From Lingula anatina (taxonomy: Eukaryota; Animalia; Brachiopoda): a stretch of DNA of 64,000 bases. The notes beneath the pieces were generated by a model. The model did not search any database. It saw nothing but the letters and a program-made list of their open reading frames with translations, and was not told where the DNA came from. The position numbers were made by a program, and so were the translations under genes. The stretch spans positions 64,458,788 to 64,522,787 of the forward strand of contig CM120640.1 in the NCBI GenBank assembly GCA_051362555.1, read 5' to 3'. Of the stretch, positions 13,641 to 42,096 are shown in pieces. Each line of letters begins with the position of its first letter. Position 1 is the first letter of the stretch.

Positions 13641-14088
13641 CTTTTTGAGAGGTTTCTAGTAAAGTTAACGACGCGAAGCTATGGTTTGAAGATCGAAAGA
13701 ATTCTCTGACACACTCGTGTCTCAACATTTTAGACCGTTAAACCGCTTGAAATTGTGGTACATCGTCAACAGCTACGGCTTGTGGATACCAGCCATTCCT
13801 CATTAGTGTTGTGACCGTTGTGACAGAGAGTGGCTGTCTGTGGTTGTGTTAGCTGGAACAAGAGGGCGGGAATACGATCTAACTTGTGCACCATGGTGTA
13901 CTGGTAGATGCAGTTGAACATATTTCGAAAACATTTTTCTAATATACTACGTGTACTACCCCGAAAAACTCTGTTACTGTATCTGTCAAATCATTCTTTG
14001 GTAACACTCAGTTGTTTGAACTCTTTTTGGAATTAAAACAATTTTAAAAGACAAATCGTGAAAATCACACTTCTTTCAGGTCTCAACG

Positions 14089-15149
14089 ATGAGTGGACAG
14101 CCTGAGGCAGAAAAAAATGGCAGTCCAATGTCAACTGCCATCGCAGAGAAAATGCCTTCCAAGTGGCTTGTCCGTATCAAAAGCATGTTGCCTTTTGTGC
14201 TTGGCGTGGCAACATTTGCAGGTACTGTCCAACTGTTCATGCAAGTAATGGAGCCTTTGAGAGATGACACGGCTACAGACACCAGTGCCAAACTGATTTA
14301 TGCTCTGAGATGGAATTTGTGGGCTTTGATTCCTTTGGTGCTTGGTAAGACGTGAGCTTTTGTTGTTATTACACTATTACTATAGACTCGTTATATGCAT
14401 TGAAATATAAACATCAGCATTCACAAACTGCGGTATTAAGAAATAACTGACACCAAATTATTCAAATTACCCTTTTTACTTTGCTGGGTTAGAAGTGCTA
14501 CCAATGTACGTACTTGCAGAATTTCCAAATGTCGGAGGTTGGGGGTAGTCGTGGGTTAGAATGGCACATCAATATGTCAATCTAATATATATGTTTGTTT
14601 TTAACAGCAAGTTTAAAGCATCACTCTACTGATACTGTGAAGGCATTTGTCCGCAAGTCATTTGAGGAGGACCTTGTCTTGCTCCTGAATACATGTATTC
14701 TAGCAACATTCTTGGAAACAGTGCAACTACAACTGATACCGTCCCTGGTTGCTACTGCTGTCATCTTCAGGTAGGTCACATCTATCTTCCAGATTTTTCC
14801 TTATTAAGTAAACAGAGCACTAGAGTACAGAGTATTAGTATGGTTATTGGCATTTACATGTCTCAAATCATTGTCAATATTTAAAGAGTTGAAGAAAAGC
14901 ACATTTAATTTGACATTTTTTTTAATTCTTTGCAGATTTCTCCACTGGTACAGTATAGATTCCTCTGAGTGGCTGCAGTGTTTCTCGGGTTGCTCATCTG
15001 GGCTGTGTAATGTGTCCTTACTGGTGTACAACTTGTCCTGCCACAGTGTTGAGCAGGGTCTGGACACCCTGGGGATCATAGGGTGCATTACTGGTATGAT
15101 AGGATGGGGGAAACCAGCGGAAGCTTCAGGATCATCTGGGTGGTTTTAA
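14089..15149 (+). CDS. TMEM79-like / MAPEG-superfamily multi-pass membrane protein, 210 aa
   Basis: Exons 14089-14344, 14608-14770, 14936-15149 (633 nt, in frame). The segments KLIYALRW and ILATFLETVQLQLIPSLVATAVIFRFLHW resemble TMEM79-family TM2-TM4. Confidence 0.65.
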
Positions 15150-15261
15150 ACTTTGAAACAGCATTTGAGAAGAATCCTCGCTGAGTATAAAATATCTTTA
15201 CTCAGGATGGAAGGTGCTGATATAGTGCTTTCACTTTTATTTGGGAACCAAGACTATATAG

Positions 15262-15420
15262 GTTCCCATCCCTAGATCGATCCATCTGGATTGATCTATC
15301 TCCCTGGGGAGTCTCACTAAATTGCTGTCAACTTAACCGGCTTAAATGTCTGTCACGCCTACTGAATCAGCTAGGGTAAAGATGATAACCCCCTAGCAGC
15401 TTTACTAAGCATGACAGACA
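15262..15420. repeat. Dispersed repeat (MITE-like) shared with 57025-57241
   Basis: Shared GATCTATC.C..GGGGAGTCTCACTA.ATT.CTGTCA.CTT..CCGGCTTAA and CGCCTACT blocks. Confidence 0.6.
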
Positions 15421-15890
15421 TTTAAGGATCATTTTGCAAGTGTTTGTTTTCCCTTGTTTTAGGGAGGCTGTTCCCCTTGACCTTTTGCAGTTACAGTCAC
15501 CTTTGTAGGCAGTTTTTAAAAATATGTTTTGATCTTCTTTGGAGACATCAGAGTGATTCTTTGTTCTAGGATAACCATGTAAGACTGATAACTATTAACA
15601 ATGGCAGGCAGCTGGAAATACACCAGTATTATTACAAGGGTGCTTGTATTAGGTTTTGTTTTGTATATGCTCTATTTTTTTTCCTGTTTATTATTTGAGG
15701 TTGACTCTACTGCCTAATAACTGGCTTTTTTCTGCTTATTACCTACTAGTAGGCCTTTTTGGGCTTAAATTGTTTGTGATAAAAAAAGATTGCCATGTAA
15801 GTGATTTAAGACCTTTTCACATAGAATGCTATATCCTAGCGAAACAGCTGAAGTAATATGCTTTGAGAGGTTGGTTTAACCTTCAAATAA

Positions 15891-16070
15891 CAGGGATGGA
15901 TCCAAAGATATTTTCTAACAGGCTTCCAAATTATCTTTATTGATCCATCCTCTATTTTTGACTGTCTTCTGACAGGAAAAATTAGATATCCATCAATGTT
16001 AACTTGAAATGTTAACTTGAAAATCTGACCGTCTTCCAGAAGGCCCAGAAGACAGCCTAAATTCGCCCCT
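15891..16070. repeat. Dispersed short element, inverted relative of 35461-35628
   Basis: CAGGGATGGATCCAAAGAT.TTTTCTAA.A.GCTTCCAAATTATCTTT is the reverse complement of the sequence at 35580-35628. Confidence 0.6.
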
Positions 16071-17106
16071 GAATAATGACATGGGGAGGGGGGGTTCTTG
16101 TCAGTTGTCATTTTTTAAAAAACACTGGTACATGTACATATGTATCACTCAGACATAATGCTCAATTTGAAAAGGTATTTATTCTTAAAAATAAATTGCC
16201 TTCCGTATCAAAATGCCAATGAGCTACACATGTCCAAAGATCTTGCTGGGAGTTTTGATTATTGCATTTTACCTACAGTATTTCAATAGAGAAATTTGCA
16301 CTTTTTATACGTAGTATTTAATATTTGCTTTTTAAGTGATATACAGTGTTATTTTACACCTTTGTCTGAATTATCGATTTATTAATTTATGCAGTTGGTT
16401 TTTTAGATAAGCTTTGTTTTTTATCTTGTGTTTGATATAAATCAAGTGTGTTGCATGCGCTTCTCTTGCCTTTATATAGGTGAAACAGTAATTGCTGTTT
16501 GGTTTGGCTTATTTTCAGAGGAATACCATTATATACAGGGCTCTCTAACTACCACACGCATGATCGGCGTTATTTCCATGCAATTTTTTACAAATAAGCA
16601 GCTGTTTTTTTTCTCCTTTTCATCAGTAGCAAAGTGTAAAAAACTTAGCATATGGGAAACACAGAATATATTTCACTACTGTTGTGGGTTTCATTGATGA
16701 ATTGTGGGAAAATTGTAAAGGGGATGTTGAATCTGTGAAAAGTGTGTGGAAACGGTGGTAATGCTCTTACATATAGGTGTGTGTGGTAGTTAGGGAGCCC
16801 AGACATAGAATTCAGAGATTTTATACATCATGGAATTTAGTATTTATAATGATATTTAACTTTCAAAATGTGTGAGTGAATAAAGCCTGACTTTAAAAAA
16901 ATTCCAGACTGTGTAATTTCGTGTTTAGATAAAAATTTACAGAGTATAACACCAAACAAATTTAACAGTATATTTTCATGACTGCTTTTTATGTCTTTTA
17001 CAAGCCTAAAAGATATCACCTTTTCACAAAACGTCGAATGAAATACATGTAGTCATCTGCAATTTGAGTCAAGGTCAAAGAGAGACTACATTATCGTGGC
17101 CGAAAC

Positions 17107-17152
<46 letters not shown>

Positions 17153-17587
17153 AGAAGAGTAATTCCCAACATAATGTATGTTACGTTGACGAGGCAATTT
17201 TGTCCTTATTCCTTTGTTGTAATTGGAATGAAATATATGTAGATAAATTTGCTTCGTTGCGTAATAATGCATCAAATGTAAAATATCCTAGTGCACCGCC
17301 CATGATAAAAACGTGCAACCGTGGTTATTACATGTGCAAGGCAACAACTGAGTTCTAATATTTCCGACAATCGTATCAGACGGTTAAAAGTAGTCCCACC
17401 ATATTAAACTTTCTATAAAATACTATTAGAAATAGTACCGTTGCAGCGCCGTACAAATGTAGTTTTGTGTAAAAAAAGTGCCACGTTATGAAAACGGTGG
17501 TGCTTTTTTCGTAGGATTCATAGCCGTAGGATTCATTTTTTATTTTTTATTTCATTTATTTATTTATTTTTTTGCATGTTTACTGTT

Positions 17588-18164
17588 TCAGAATCTATGT
17601 TTCTTAAGAAATCCAAAAGTCAGTTTAGTTACTGTTTTAAGGAAGTTGACTCGCCCAACAGAAAACACTTCGTCCAATGGTTTTCCGCCTATGCGTTCAG
17701 TGAAGAAAGCGTTCACAACACTGTTGCTACTTTCTCCATCGCGCATTGTATGAGCGCACTGGTAGCTTCCTCCTCTTTCCTTCTTGTTGGAATCTTTTAC
17801 AACAAACGTGTCCTGGTTAGAAGTTGCCAGGCTGCTAATCCCCATGTCTGGTTTGTGGCGGTTAATAACGTGCTTGGCGACGAGGATATGTTCTTCACTA
17901 GGACACGCCTCAGGATGTCGGTAGTTTGGGAACGGGTCTTCTGTAAAATCACAAAAAAAAAAGACGAAAACCACGTGGTGATGCACCAACATCAGTGAGA
18001 ATGAAATCGGTTTTCCAATAGCCTAGCAGAAATAAGTTAAGAAGAGCGTACTTTTGCATCCCTCTACGCTTCATTGTGCTGTCTACCATCACAAGTCCGG
18101 TGTGGAAAATGGGAGTATTGTTATTCCGTAGCCCCTGAACTTTTAACGCCGCCTTGAATAACGT
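17588..18164 (-). pseudogene. Frameshifted, 5'-truncated gene for a GNAT-like (acyltransferase-fold) protein; possibly intact if the T10 run is an assembly error
   Basis: The frame from 18164 reads ...PIFHTGLVMVDSTMKRRGMQKYALLNLFLLGYWKTDFILTDVGASPRGFRLFF. Deleting one T from the T10 run (A10 at 17953-17962 on +) joins it to ORF 17588-17992 (CDFTEDPFPNYRHP...VVNAFFTERIGGKPLDEVFSVGRVN). An in-frame TAA lies just upstream at 18165-18167. Confidence 0.55.
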
Positions 18165-18295
18165 TTAGAAGAAGGTCAAGCTGAATATGAGAACATTTGT
18201 TGCCCTACTTATTTCAAAACAAATACCTACGTAATAGAAATATCAATGAAGAACAAAACCACATGACTACAGACGAGAACATGTGCGACCATATA

Positions 18296-18960
18296 TTATT
18301 GCCCCCTGTAATTTTTAAAAGAGCCAAATGAAATACTGATTTTATTCTTTAACAGGGTGGCTAAAACTGCTTTACAAATACTTTTCAATAAATAAAATAT
18401 TCTCATTTTATATTTAAACAAAAGATTAACAGATAGTGTGGTGAGTATAGTCGTTGAAAATGCTTTGCTTGCACAGTAAACATTAAAAATGTACAAAAAA
18501 GGAAAAATCAGCTTTATCCTCAAACAAGCTGCCAAAGCAACAAAATTTGCATGAGTACTCGTCACTTTTTGACTATCTCTAATTTTGCTATATAATGAGG
18601 GCCTAGTGTGGTGAGTTTAGTCGATGAAAACAGTTTACCTGCAAAAATGAACCAAGAAAATGAATAAAGACACTTTTATCCTATAACAAGTTCGCATAGC
18701 AACAAAATTTCCATGGGTAGGCTTACTTGTCAATTTTTTTCATGTTTGTCTGCCATACGTACTGAAGACCATGTGCAGGAGATATGGATTATGAACGCAC
18801 TTTATCTGTAAAGAACACTGAAAATATATGCCAAAACACTTTAATTTCCCATAGGTTTCTATAGTAATTGAAGTCAAAATCAACATAGCAACTAAACTAG
18901 CATGGGTACCTATAATTTTTAAAATCTTGATATTGATATAATAGTGTCAACTATGCATGT
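18296..18960. repeat. Degenerate element with ~170-bp internal repeats
   Basis: GTGTGGTGAGT.TAGTCG.TGAAAA near 18435 and 18606; AGCAAC.AAA.T..CATG.GTA near 18536, 18698 and 18887. Confidence 0.5.
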
Positions 18961-19143
18961 AAAAATATTAGAAAAACCTATCAGGCAAAAATATCATAAG
19001 GACATTACTTAAATCATTATTCTGCTTTATCGATATACCTCTCTTTCCTGCTTCATTATACCAGCATATCAGATAAAAGAGAAGTTTAATACATTTAACG
19101 TGACCAACACTGCACATCTCAGAGGAATGAAAGGTTAATATTT

Positions 19144-19182
<39 letters not shown>

Positions 19183-21454
19183 TTTTAATAGTAATATCAT
19201 CCTCCGTTCTACATTCAAAACTGAGCTGGGTTTAGAAAAATATATATGCACATAGCAGATTACTTGGATGTTTAATTTTTGTCAATCTTTTCCAATTTTT
19301 GTTAATCTTTTTGTTACGTGACGGGGACAAAAGCTGTAACGCGAAAATGCGAGCTTCAATGATTTCATGTAGCGTAAAAGTTTTCTTTTTTTAACGGTTA
19401 ATCCCCCCTCCCACTAAAAAGAAACTTCTTACCCGCTCGACGCAACCTAAAAAGCTGTCAGAAAGACTTCAAATTCACGAAGAATTCAACTTAAACAACT
19501 GTCAGAAAGACTTCAAATTCAAACTCTTCTTTCAAATATTACGTCGTAACATTTTAAAAACTCAAACTGTCGAGAGAAATATAATGCCGCTTCTTTCAAA
19601 AGATTGAATGTAACAGAGAAACGGAAGCAAACAGAAATGGTTCAGTACTCGTTTATTTCCCCTTTGATTTCAAGACTCATTATTCTACGGATATTCTTAT
19701 TGCAAATTTCAATTTGGAATCAAGACCCAAATTAACAAACAGACGGGAAAGGTACAATACGTAATCTTTAGTCTTATGCTTAAAAACTCTTTTAAACGTT
19801 AAAACCTAAATGTAAACTCGGGGAAAATCAAGTTGATCAGTTTTGGGTTGACACGTTGAGCATTAAAGCAAGAGATAATCAAAATCGAGGAGTCTTTAAA
19901 TCAAAGGAGACAAAGTTTTATTTCCGAAACTCAACATAATACATGTAATCAGATACATCACGTTTACAGTTGAGCTGTTCTCATTTTTAATCAGCACACA
20001 GGTTTTTTGGGGCACTCGTCCCAATGTGATCTCTCCAAGCTCGGGGTCAGAGCTATGCGCTTCGGGCTTAAATTGAGGTACATGTATTGCATGCAAGTGT
20101 CTGTTCTTGGAAACTTAAAACTTAAAACGTTTTACACTTAAAGAATAAAATAGCAATGAGAACAGAACCTCTGCCAACGTTAACTTGCAGCTTAAGACAG
20201 CTACTCGGTTTTAATCAGTTGCTATATGATATATATAACCCGGTAATTAACCATCCAAACCTATGAACATTAGAAAAATAGGAATGTCTATTTGCAAATC
20301 AGCACCTTTTGGTCAGTTTTTCTTTTAAACAAATTCTAATAAATCTACAACTTTTTGAGGCTAAAACAATACAGATTTTATACTGTCTAAAATTAACTAG
20401 TTTGCTACAAAAACAGTCTTCTACTCTAATTTCTAAAATGAAAAAGTATCAGTAGATAACTGATCAGATATGAACCAAAATAAACTGGCGTAATGCCAAG
20501 AAAACTTGACTGACAATCTATGAATCTCACAAATTTGTCTCATAACTACCCCCATTTTCTCAAGGCAATTAACAAAAAAAATCCATCAAATGATTCTAGT
20601 AAAACAAGAGTGATCCCGGCTCATAAAAACGATAACAACATTTGTTTGAAAATAAAGCAAATTTGCCATAACAATAGCTGTAAGTCATTTTAGCTTATAT
20701 TAAAGCAACACAACTAATGATATATGCAATTAAACATCAGTAATTAATTTAAATCAGTGGTAAAGGAACATCTTTTTTACTTGTAACCAAAAAAAAAAAA
20801 AAAAAAAAAAAAAAACCAACACCAAATTATAAATTCAGGGAACACCAGTAGGCTCACCCTCACCACTGCAGATATAGGAAGCACATTATTATTAATGACG
20901 TAGGCCTTGTGTTCACCAGTGAAAAAGGATTCAACATGCTAGGTTTATATTAATCATATAAATTCAAACAACAAAATCGCACTTTTAACTGAAATTGTTT
21001 TGGGATAGTCTTTTGGTTGTTTGGGCTGCATATTTTTGCCCACTTAACTTTTGTTCAAAATATGTAATACTCTAAGAAACTTTAGAAAACAAAATATATT
21101 CTGTTCAAATAAAATTGAATTTAATGTTTGGGATTTTTAAAATGATTTTTCAAATTCAAACTTGGTGCCTAAAAAAATCTTCCAACGTAGACTCACGTCT
21201 GAGAAGACTGTCCTTATTTCTTATCAAACATTATATAAAAGGTCTATTTTATCTTTATTGATTACAACAGGACAAGCCTTCGTCCTTTGATTGAGTTTTG
21301 CATGGTTTTTCAACAACTCCATGTCATTTATTTTGAAGAATTGATTTGAAAAACAATTTATTAGTTTTGACATTGTACTAAAAGAGCGACATCTATTCAT
21401 TTTTTCACTTACAAAATGAAACGACACCCAATTACAAAAAAAAGATAATAATAA

Positions 21455-21485
<31 letters not shown>

Positions 21486-22644
21486 AAATCCCACCAAAAT
21501 TGCAAACGCTCCTGGATTCACCAGGATACATTAGCAAAAGGTTGCCTACAAACCAGGAAGAACAAATACATACCGTTTATTAACAGACATATATACACCC
21601 TTGCCCTTGTTCCAGTGTATATACGCAACTAAAAAGAATGTTTGCACAATTTCAAAACCACTGTACATCTGCTCCAGCAGGCTGGAGATTTTTATATGGG
21701 TGGAGGGCAAACATGCGTACTATTTTGCTCCTATCCCTCCTGAATAATTATGAATTAGTACAGAAATGAAGTGGTAAAAGACCGTTTAAAATACAGATCA
21801 ACTATTTATAGTAAGGAGTGTCTTCCAATATATGAAAATGGTTCACCTCAAATTTGAAGTCCAAACAGAACTAACTTACAGATTTGGGCTGAAAGAGTGA
21901 AAAAATATGGGTTTGAGACCAGTATTTAGATATCACAAAAACATCTTCAAAAATATTTTCAATTATTTATATCCATCTTTAGTTTTTACTTTCAAATTAA
22001 ATAAAACAATAACTTTTTTAACAAAGTGTTATGAGATACTTATCATTTAACTATATTGAAAAACATTAATCATAATACTGGTATATGCATGCCAAAGTTT
22101 CATTTATAGTCACCTAGATTACACAATTAACTGAAATTAATGAACAAAGAAGTGTCAAATTTTTGTAGTACAATTTCTATTACCACATTCAAGATTGAAA
22201 TCATTCATAATGAAAACCAAAAATAAAGACAGCAGACACATACCTCATGCATCTGCTTTGTTTCACCAATTATTTCCTTCTACATTTTAACCACTTTTAT
22301 TTCATAACTCTGTACTATCATACTAAGGACTACAAGCATGCACAAACATACAAACAAGAATAATTATACAGGCTCACATGTTGCAATTACCCAAAAACTT
22401 CGGAAAAGATGTCTTTTGTTTCTAAGGAAGACAGAACAAATTGGTTTCTCTCACTCCCTGGAGCCTACCTGCCAATCTCATTCTGGTCAACAGAGGACTC
22501 AAAATGAAAAAAAATAAAAATAATGGCTAGATTGTTCCGATACTAGTTTTTCATGAACCCTATTCATAAATTATACAACTGTTTTTGTTTTTCCCCTGTC
22601 CATATTAAATAATATGTTTAATATGTCTATAGATGTTTTTTCAT

Positions 22645-37623
<14,979 letters not shown>

Positions 37624-40600
37624 CTAAAACAACGAAAATGCGATTCTAATTAAACATTAGTAAAAACTGAACATCTCATCGCATGTAAAATAGTTTCTCT
37701 CGTAAAATAGTGTTAACGGTCACATACTGGATACCAAAGAAAATAAATTAAAAAGTAGCTCTTGTTCAAGTTACCACTTAATCGTTATCACATTTCCGAA
37801 CCTGACGAAAAATATTATCATGAATATATTAGTTTAAAAACTATTGAAGCATATAACTTAAACAAATTACCCATTTTTTAATCTGCGCGTTTGAAATGCA
37901 AGACGGCTTTAGATATCCGTTTAATTAGAAATATCAGCATATGGCTGTGAACAGCTGTGATGCGATCCATTCACCGAAGTAAAATCATTGCTCGAATGCG
38001 TAGATTGAAGATACACTGTACACTGTAAGCGTTTGAAACTTTTCCCAAATAACATTATCTATGTTGGCATGTCCTGCAAAACTACTAATCTCTCCCAATT
38101 CAGACTTAAAAGACTATAAAGCCTCTCAAAAAATTGTTCGACGCCGATAGTTACTTCTGCAATGTATAGGAAGACATGACGTTCTAAATGACTGGCCAGT
38201 CATAAAGAACTCAATCATCAAACTAAAAATGGAATTTTTAAGAAATCAATTGCAGAGATAGGTCAAGCAACGAGTGATCTGATAGAAAAAGATTTTTTTT
38301 GAGGAAAGTTTATCTTGATGGGTAAATCCCGAATAGAGGACCTTCACCTTTGTAGCTCAAATCCGTCCGTAAATCAAAGCTAAATTTAACGTTTGTAGGG
38401 ACATACCCAACACTTAATTTTCACGTAACTTTATTTGACAGGTAATTTCATATCAAATCGCGTTATGGCACACTTGCACTTCAAATGTTACAGTTCCAAA
38501 TCTCTGCTGGAAAACGTTTCAGACTGGCAATTATTACGGCCATTGTTACTCGAAGTATTTTGTTTTATTATAAATCAAAATTGTGCAGTTCCTTCGTATT
38601 TAGTGGTTCTTAATAGCGATGTTACGGTGAAGCGATGGTATATTCTGCAACTCCCCCTCCCCTCCCCCACACAACCCTTGTGTGGTAGAAGTTATTGACT
38701 ACAACTATTAAACCTAAACTACTACCAGATCAATCATAAAAAATTGCCTCATAGCGTATCTATTGCATATTCCTGCAAACCACCTACCTTGGACTTGCAG
38801 AACCAATAGTTTCATTACGTAATATGTCGACTTTCTCAACTTCATTTTTTTCACTGGTTTGTAGACACCCGTTACTGACAGCCATGAGCGATAAAGCTTA
38901 CTTATCAGCAAGATTGCAACAAGAATTCGGTGTATGTTGTGATGCATCTTTATTTCTTGTGTATTATAATTATTTTACTCGTGAAAAATATGTACTGGGA
39001 ACACACAATACTGTTGGTCATTTAAACTGACGCCGACCAATGTTAGTAAAAGACAATATTTGATGTTAAGAGAGAAATGAATACAGAAGTAAAACAATTA
39101 CATACGCACTGGAGCAAACACTTCATTGACCACACAACAATCACATACTCGATGATAATACAACTGCAGCGAGAAAAATGGACAATAATATGTCAGTTGA
39201 GAACCAACAACTTTTACAGCTAGGCGACATAATCCTTCATTTAACAGGAGTAATTTGAAGGTTGAAAAGAAAACGGATCGAACTGTATAGCATAATTGTA
39301 GGGCCTTTTGCGCATTTTAACTACGGGAAACCTTGCGCCAAACATGAATACCAGTACACCTGTTGAAAAACAAGGTCACAACTATTACGCACTTACGCAA
39401 TCAGCATACACTCACAATTCAGAACCCCAGCAAATTGTCCATTCATTTCCGCAAACAGTCAATTAAAATTATACGCATTCTGCTTATTTGAGCATTCCAC
39501 ACTACGCCAGAAAAACGACAATGCTACACCAAAGTACAGTCAGCGAGCGATGTTCATTTCAACAGCACCAAACGTTGAGGCTGCTAACGCTCACAAATCA
39601 AATATGTTTACTTATTGTACACTACGTCTGACTTTCATAGCTATCAAACTGAACTATCACTCATAACTCATTTTCTTTAAAAATATTGTCGCATATCTAA
39701 GTGATTTGATGCACTTGGGAGAACCAGACCAGGTATTATAATAAAAAAAAGAGTAATAAAATAAAATTCATTAAAACGATGTTTTTTTAATAAAATGCTA
39801 AATTTCAATCTTATGGTGACCTATTTACATGGAATGGCGCCGATTTGTGCTTCTTTTATTTTTTATTTTACATCTGATTGCAAAAACGCCACCGAAATTG
39901 CCATATCCTATTTTGTTAAAAAGTGTACGAGAAAACCAATGCTATAGATAAATCTATTTATGGTATTATTTACTTCACCCTGATTTTTTTTTAAATGCTG
40001 AAATAAAAATAAATAAGCAAAACTAAATTAATAATTATTCTACCTTTAAAAACTCTATAAAAAGGCTAACTGAAATCATAAAGACTGCTTTTGAAAAAAA
40101 AAACGGAGTACCTTTTCGGTAAGTCGGTCTCCATTCTACCTTATGTTCTTCAGAGTTAGAGACAATTCGTTTATTACCATAAACATATTCATTTTCATGA
40201 TCTTAATACCAATAATAATATCAAATGCAATGTCTCTACATAGCCTTACTAAGAAAACGTTTTATTTGAAGAATATTCATGCTTGCGTGTTTTTTTTGTA
40301 GAGAAAATCTCGACAACGCCTGCTCATGCTGACGTCGCCTATGTCACTCAAATGAACTATGTACATCGTGGGTAAGTCTTCAAAATGTTGAATCTGAAGC
40401 TTTTGTTTCCAAAATTACCTTTAAAACCAGCATTATAAAATGTTACAAATAAATTGAGTAAGATGTAGCCAAAATATTTGAGAATAAGAAAGAAATCACA
40501 AAATATCCTCCCGACTTTCTGTAAATTTCCATAGAAAACGCCTCACTTTCTGCGTACGGCACACTTCACGGAGCTCCAATTCGAATTACGGTGGATAAAA

Positions 40601-40699
40601 ACCCTATAAAAGTGCATCCATGATAATGAAACAAGTAAGGCAATAGGTAGAGAAGGTATTCCAGATAAAAGAAAGGGTCATTTATATTTCGACTACGAG

Positions 40700-41290
40700 A
40701 AAACTGGATTACAACGTTTTCTATCCAAAAAGCAAGTGCCCGAACAAGATGGCGGACGTTCGTCTGTCATTCACAAGGGATGCCCGGAGTTTGTCTCCCT
40801 AATGTTCTTGAAATCACAGATACTAACCAATTTGCGCCCACTTTCGAACTCTTCTGTCATTTCGGTTGTTGCACTTAATCAGGGGAAACTATAGAAAATT
40901 CCTTTTCTATAGAAATCAAGAAATATTCCCACTCCGTGACCTCAAAATATACGATGGCTTAGTGACGTCACGGGAGGGTCAATGTGGGTCACATGACATG
41001 CATGAACAGAAACCGCGGGTAAATCCTCTCGAACAAGGAATCTATTCAATTAAATTTAAGTAATTTGTTTCTGCTCAATACTTGCTTCAGTGCATTCTAA
41101 TGACGAACATTATCAGATTTAAGGTTGATTTAAAGAAGAATGTTTTAAGGGTTTTTTCAACAAGTCATGGTGCGTTCTCACTTTTCCACTAATGATGGTT
41201 GTACTTCCGGTCACGTCGAAGCTTGTAAACAGAGCCGTGCGAGAAAAGAATATGAATTTATTGATATATTATTAATCATTACTTAATTAC
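40700..41290. promoter_or_regulatory. Putative bidirectional promoter of KDM2 and Orai
   Basis: YY1-type AAGATGGCGG 40746-40755; CRE palindrome GTGACGTCAC 40962-40971; E/M-box GTCACATGAC 40988-40997; ETS ACTTCCGGT 41203-41211; CpG-rich. Confidence 0.6.
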
Positions 41291-41349
41291 TGCTTATGCT
41301 GAACACTAACATTAATTCAGATTGGCTGGTGGGTTCGTTTATAAAGGAG

Positions 41350-42054
41350 ATGTCTTCTTCGCACAACAAGCACGCTCTGAGTTGGCGAAGATTGTATTTG
41401 AGTCGTGCCAAGCTCAAGGCCGCGAGTAGAACTTCAGCATTATTGTCAGGATTTGCAATGGTAAGATAAAAGGTACTTAAACGGGATTTACCCGTAAAAA
41501 TGAATTTTCTGCGTGGAAAATGGAAATTTCTCCAATGAATCATTTCTCGACTCGTCCCTCACTGTTTTATATCATGTTAATTTAAATGGCTTAAAGTTCT
41601 AAATCATAATGACTAGCAGTAGCATGTCATTTATGAAACGCCGTGTCTGTACATTCTGGAAAGACGTAAAGTAATTTAATTTGTAGGTGTTTGTAGCTTT
41701 TAAGGGGTGAATTGGGAATTTTAGTAGCTTTGCATTGCAGGATACGTAGACACAGAAAATATGACCTAGAAATTTTTTAACACATACAGTTTACCTTTAA
41801 AATATGTAAATAAAAAATTTCGTTCATTTCCTTGTACGCCAGATATATTTTAAACATATAATACCCAGAGTAAGATACAATACCAACCTTTGCTGTGGTC
41901 ACTCTCAGTCAGAAGTGAAAGGCCTGGACAGTCACAATATTCACATTGCTTTTTAAATGCTTACAATTACATATGTATGCAAATGTGTACCAGTAGCACA
42001 GAAATTCATGCATTAACACTCTTGAATACTATGTCCACTCACATGCACGCACGT

Positions 42055-42096
<42 letters not shown>

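Noticed and set aside
17576-17998. Plus-strand 140-aa ORF
   Set aside because: Antisense shadow of the GNAT-like frame.
17941-18050. Intron as an alternative explanation for the GNAT-like frameshift
   Set aside because: The donor AA|GTACGC is phase 2 while the acceptor TTACAG|AA is phase 1; the nearer GT gives only a ~34-nt intron.
19896-20096. 66-aa ORF as a possible 5' exon of the GNAT-like gene
   Set aside because: No recognisable similarity and no compatible splice path could be established.
37624-40700. Candidate KDM2 first coding exons
   Set aside because: Several ATG-plus-donor candidates exist, but none shows decisive similarity; left unresolved.
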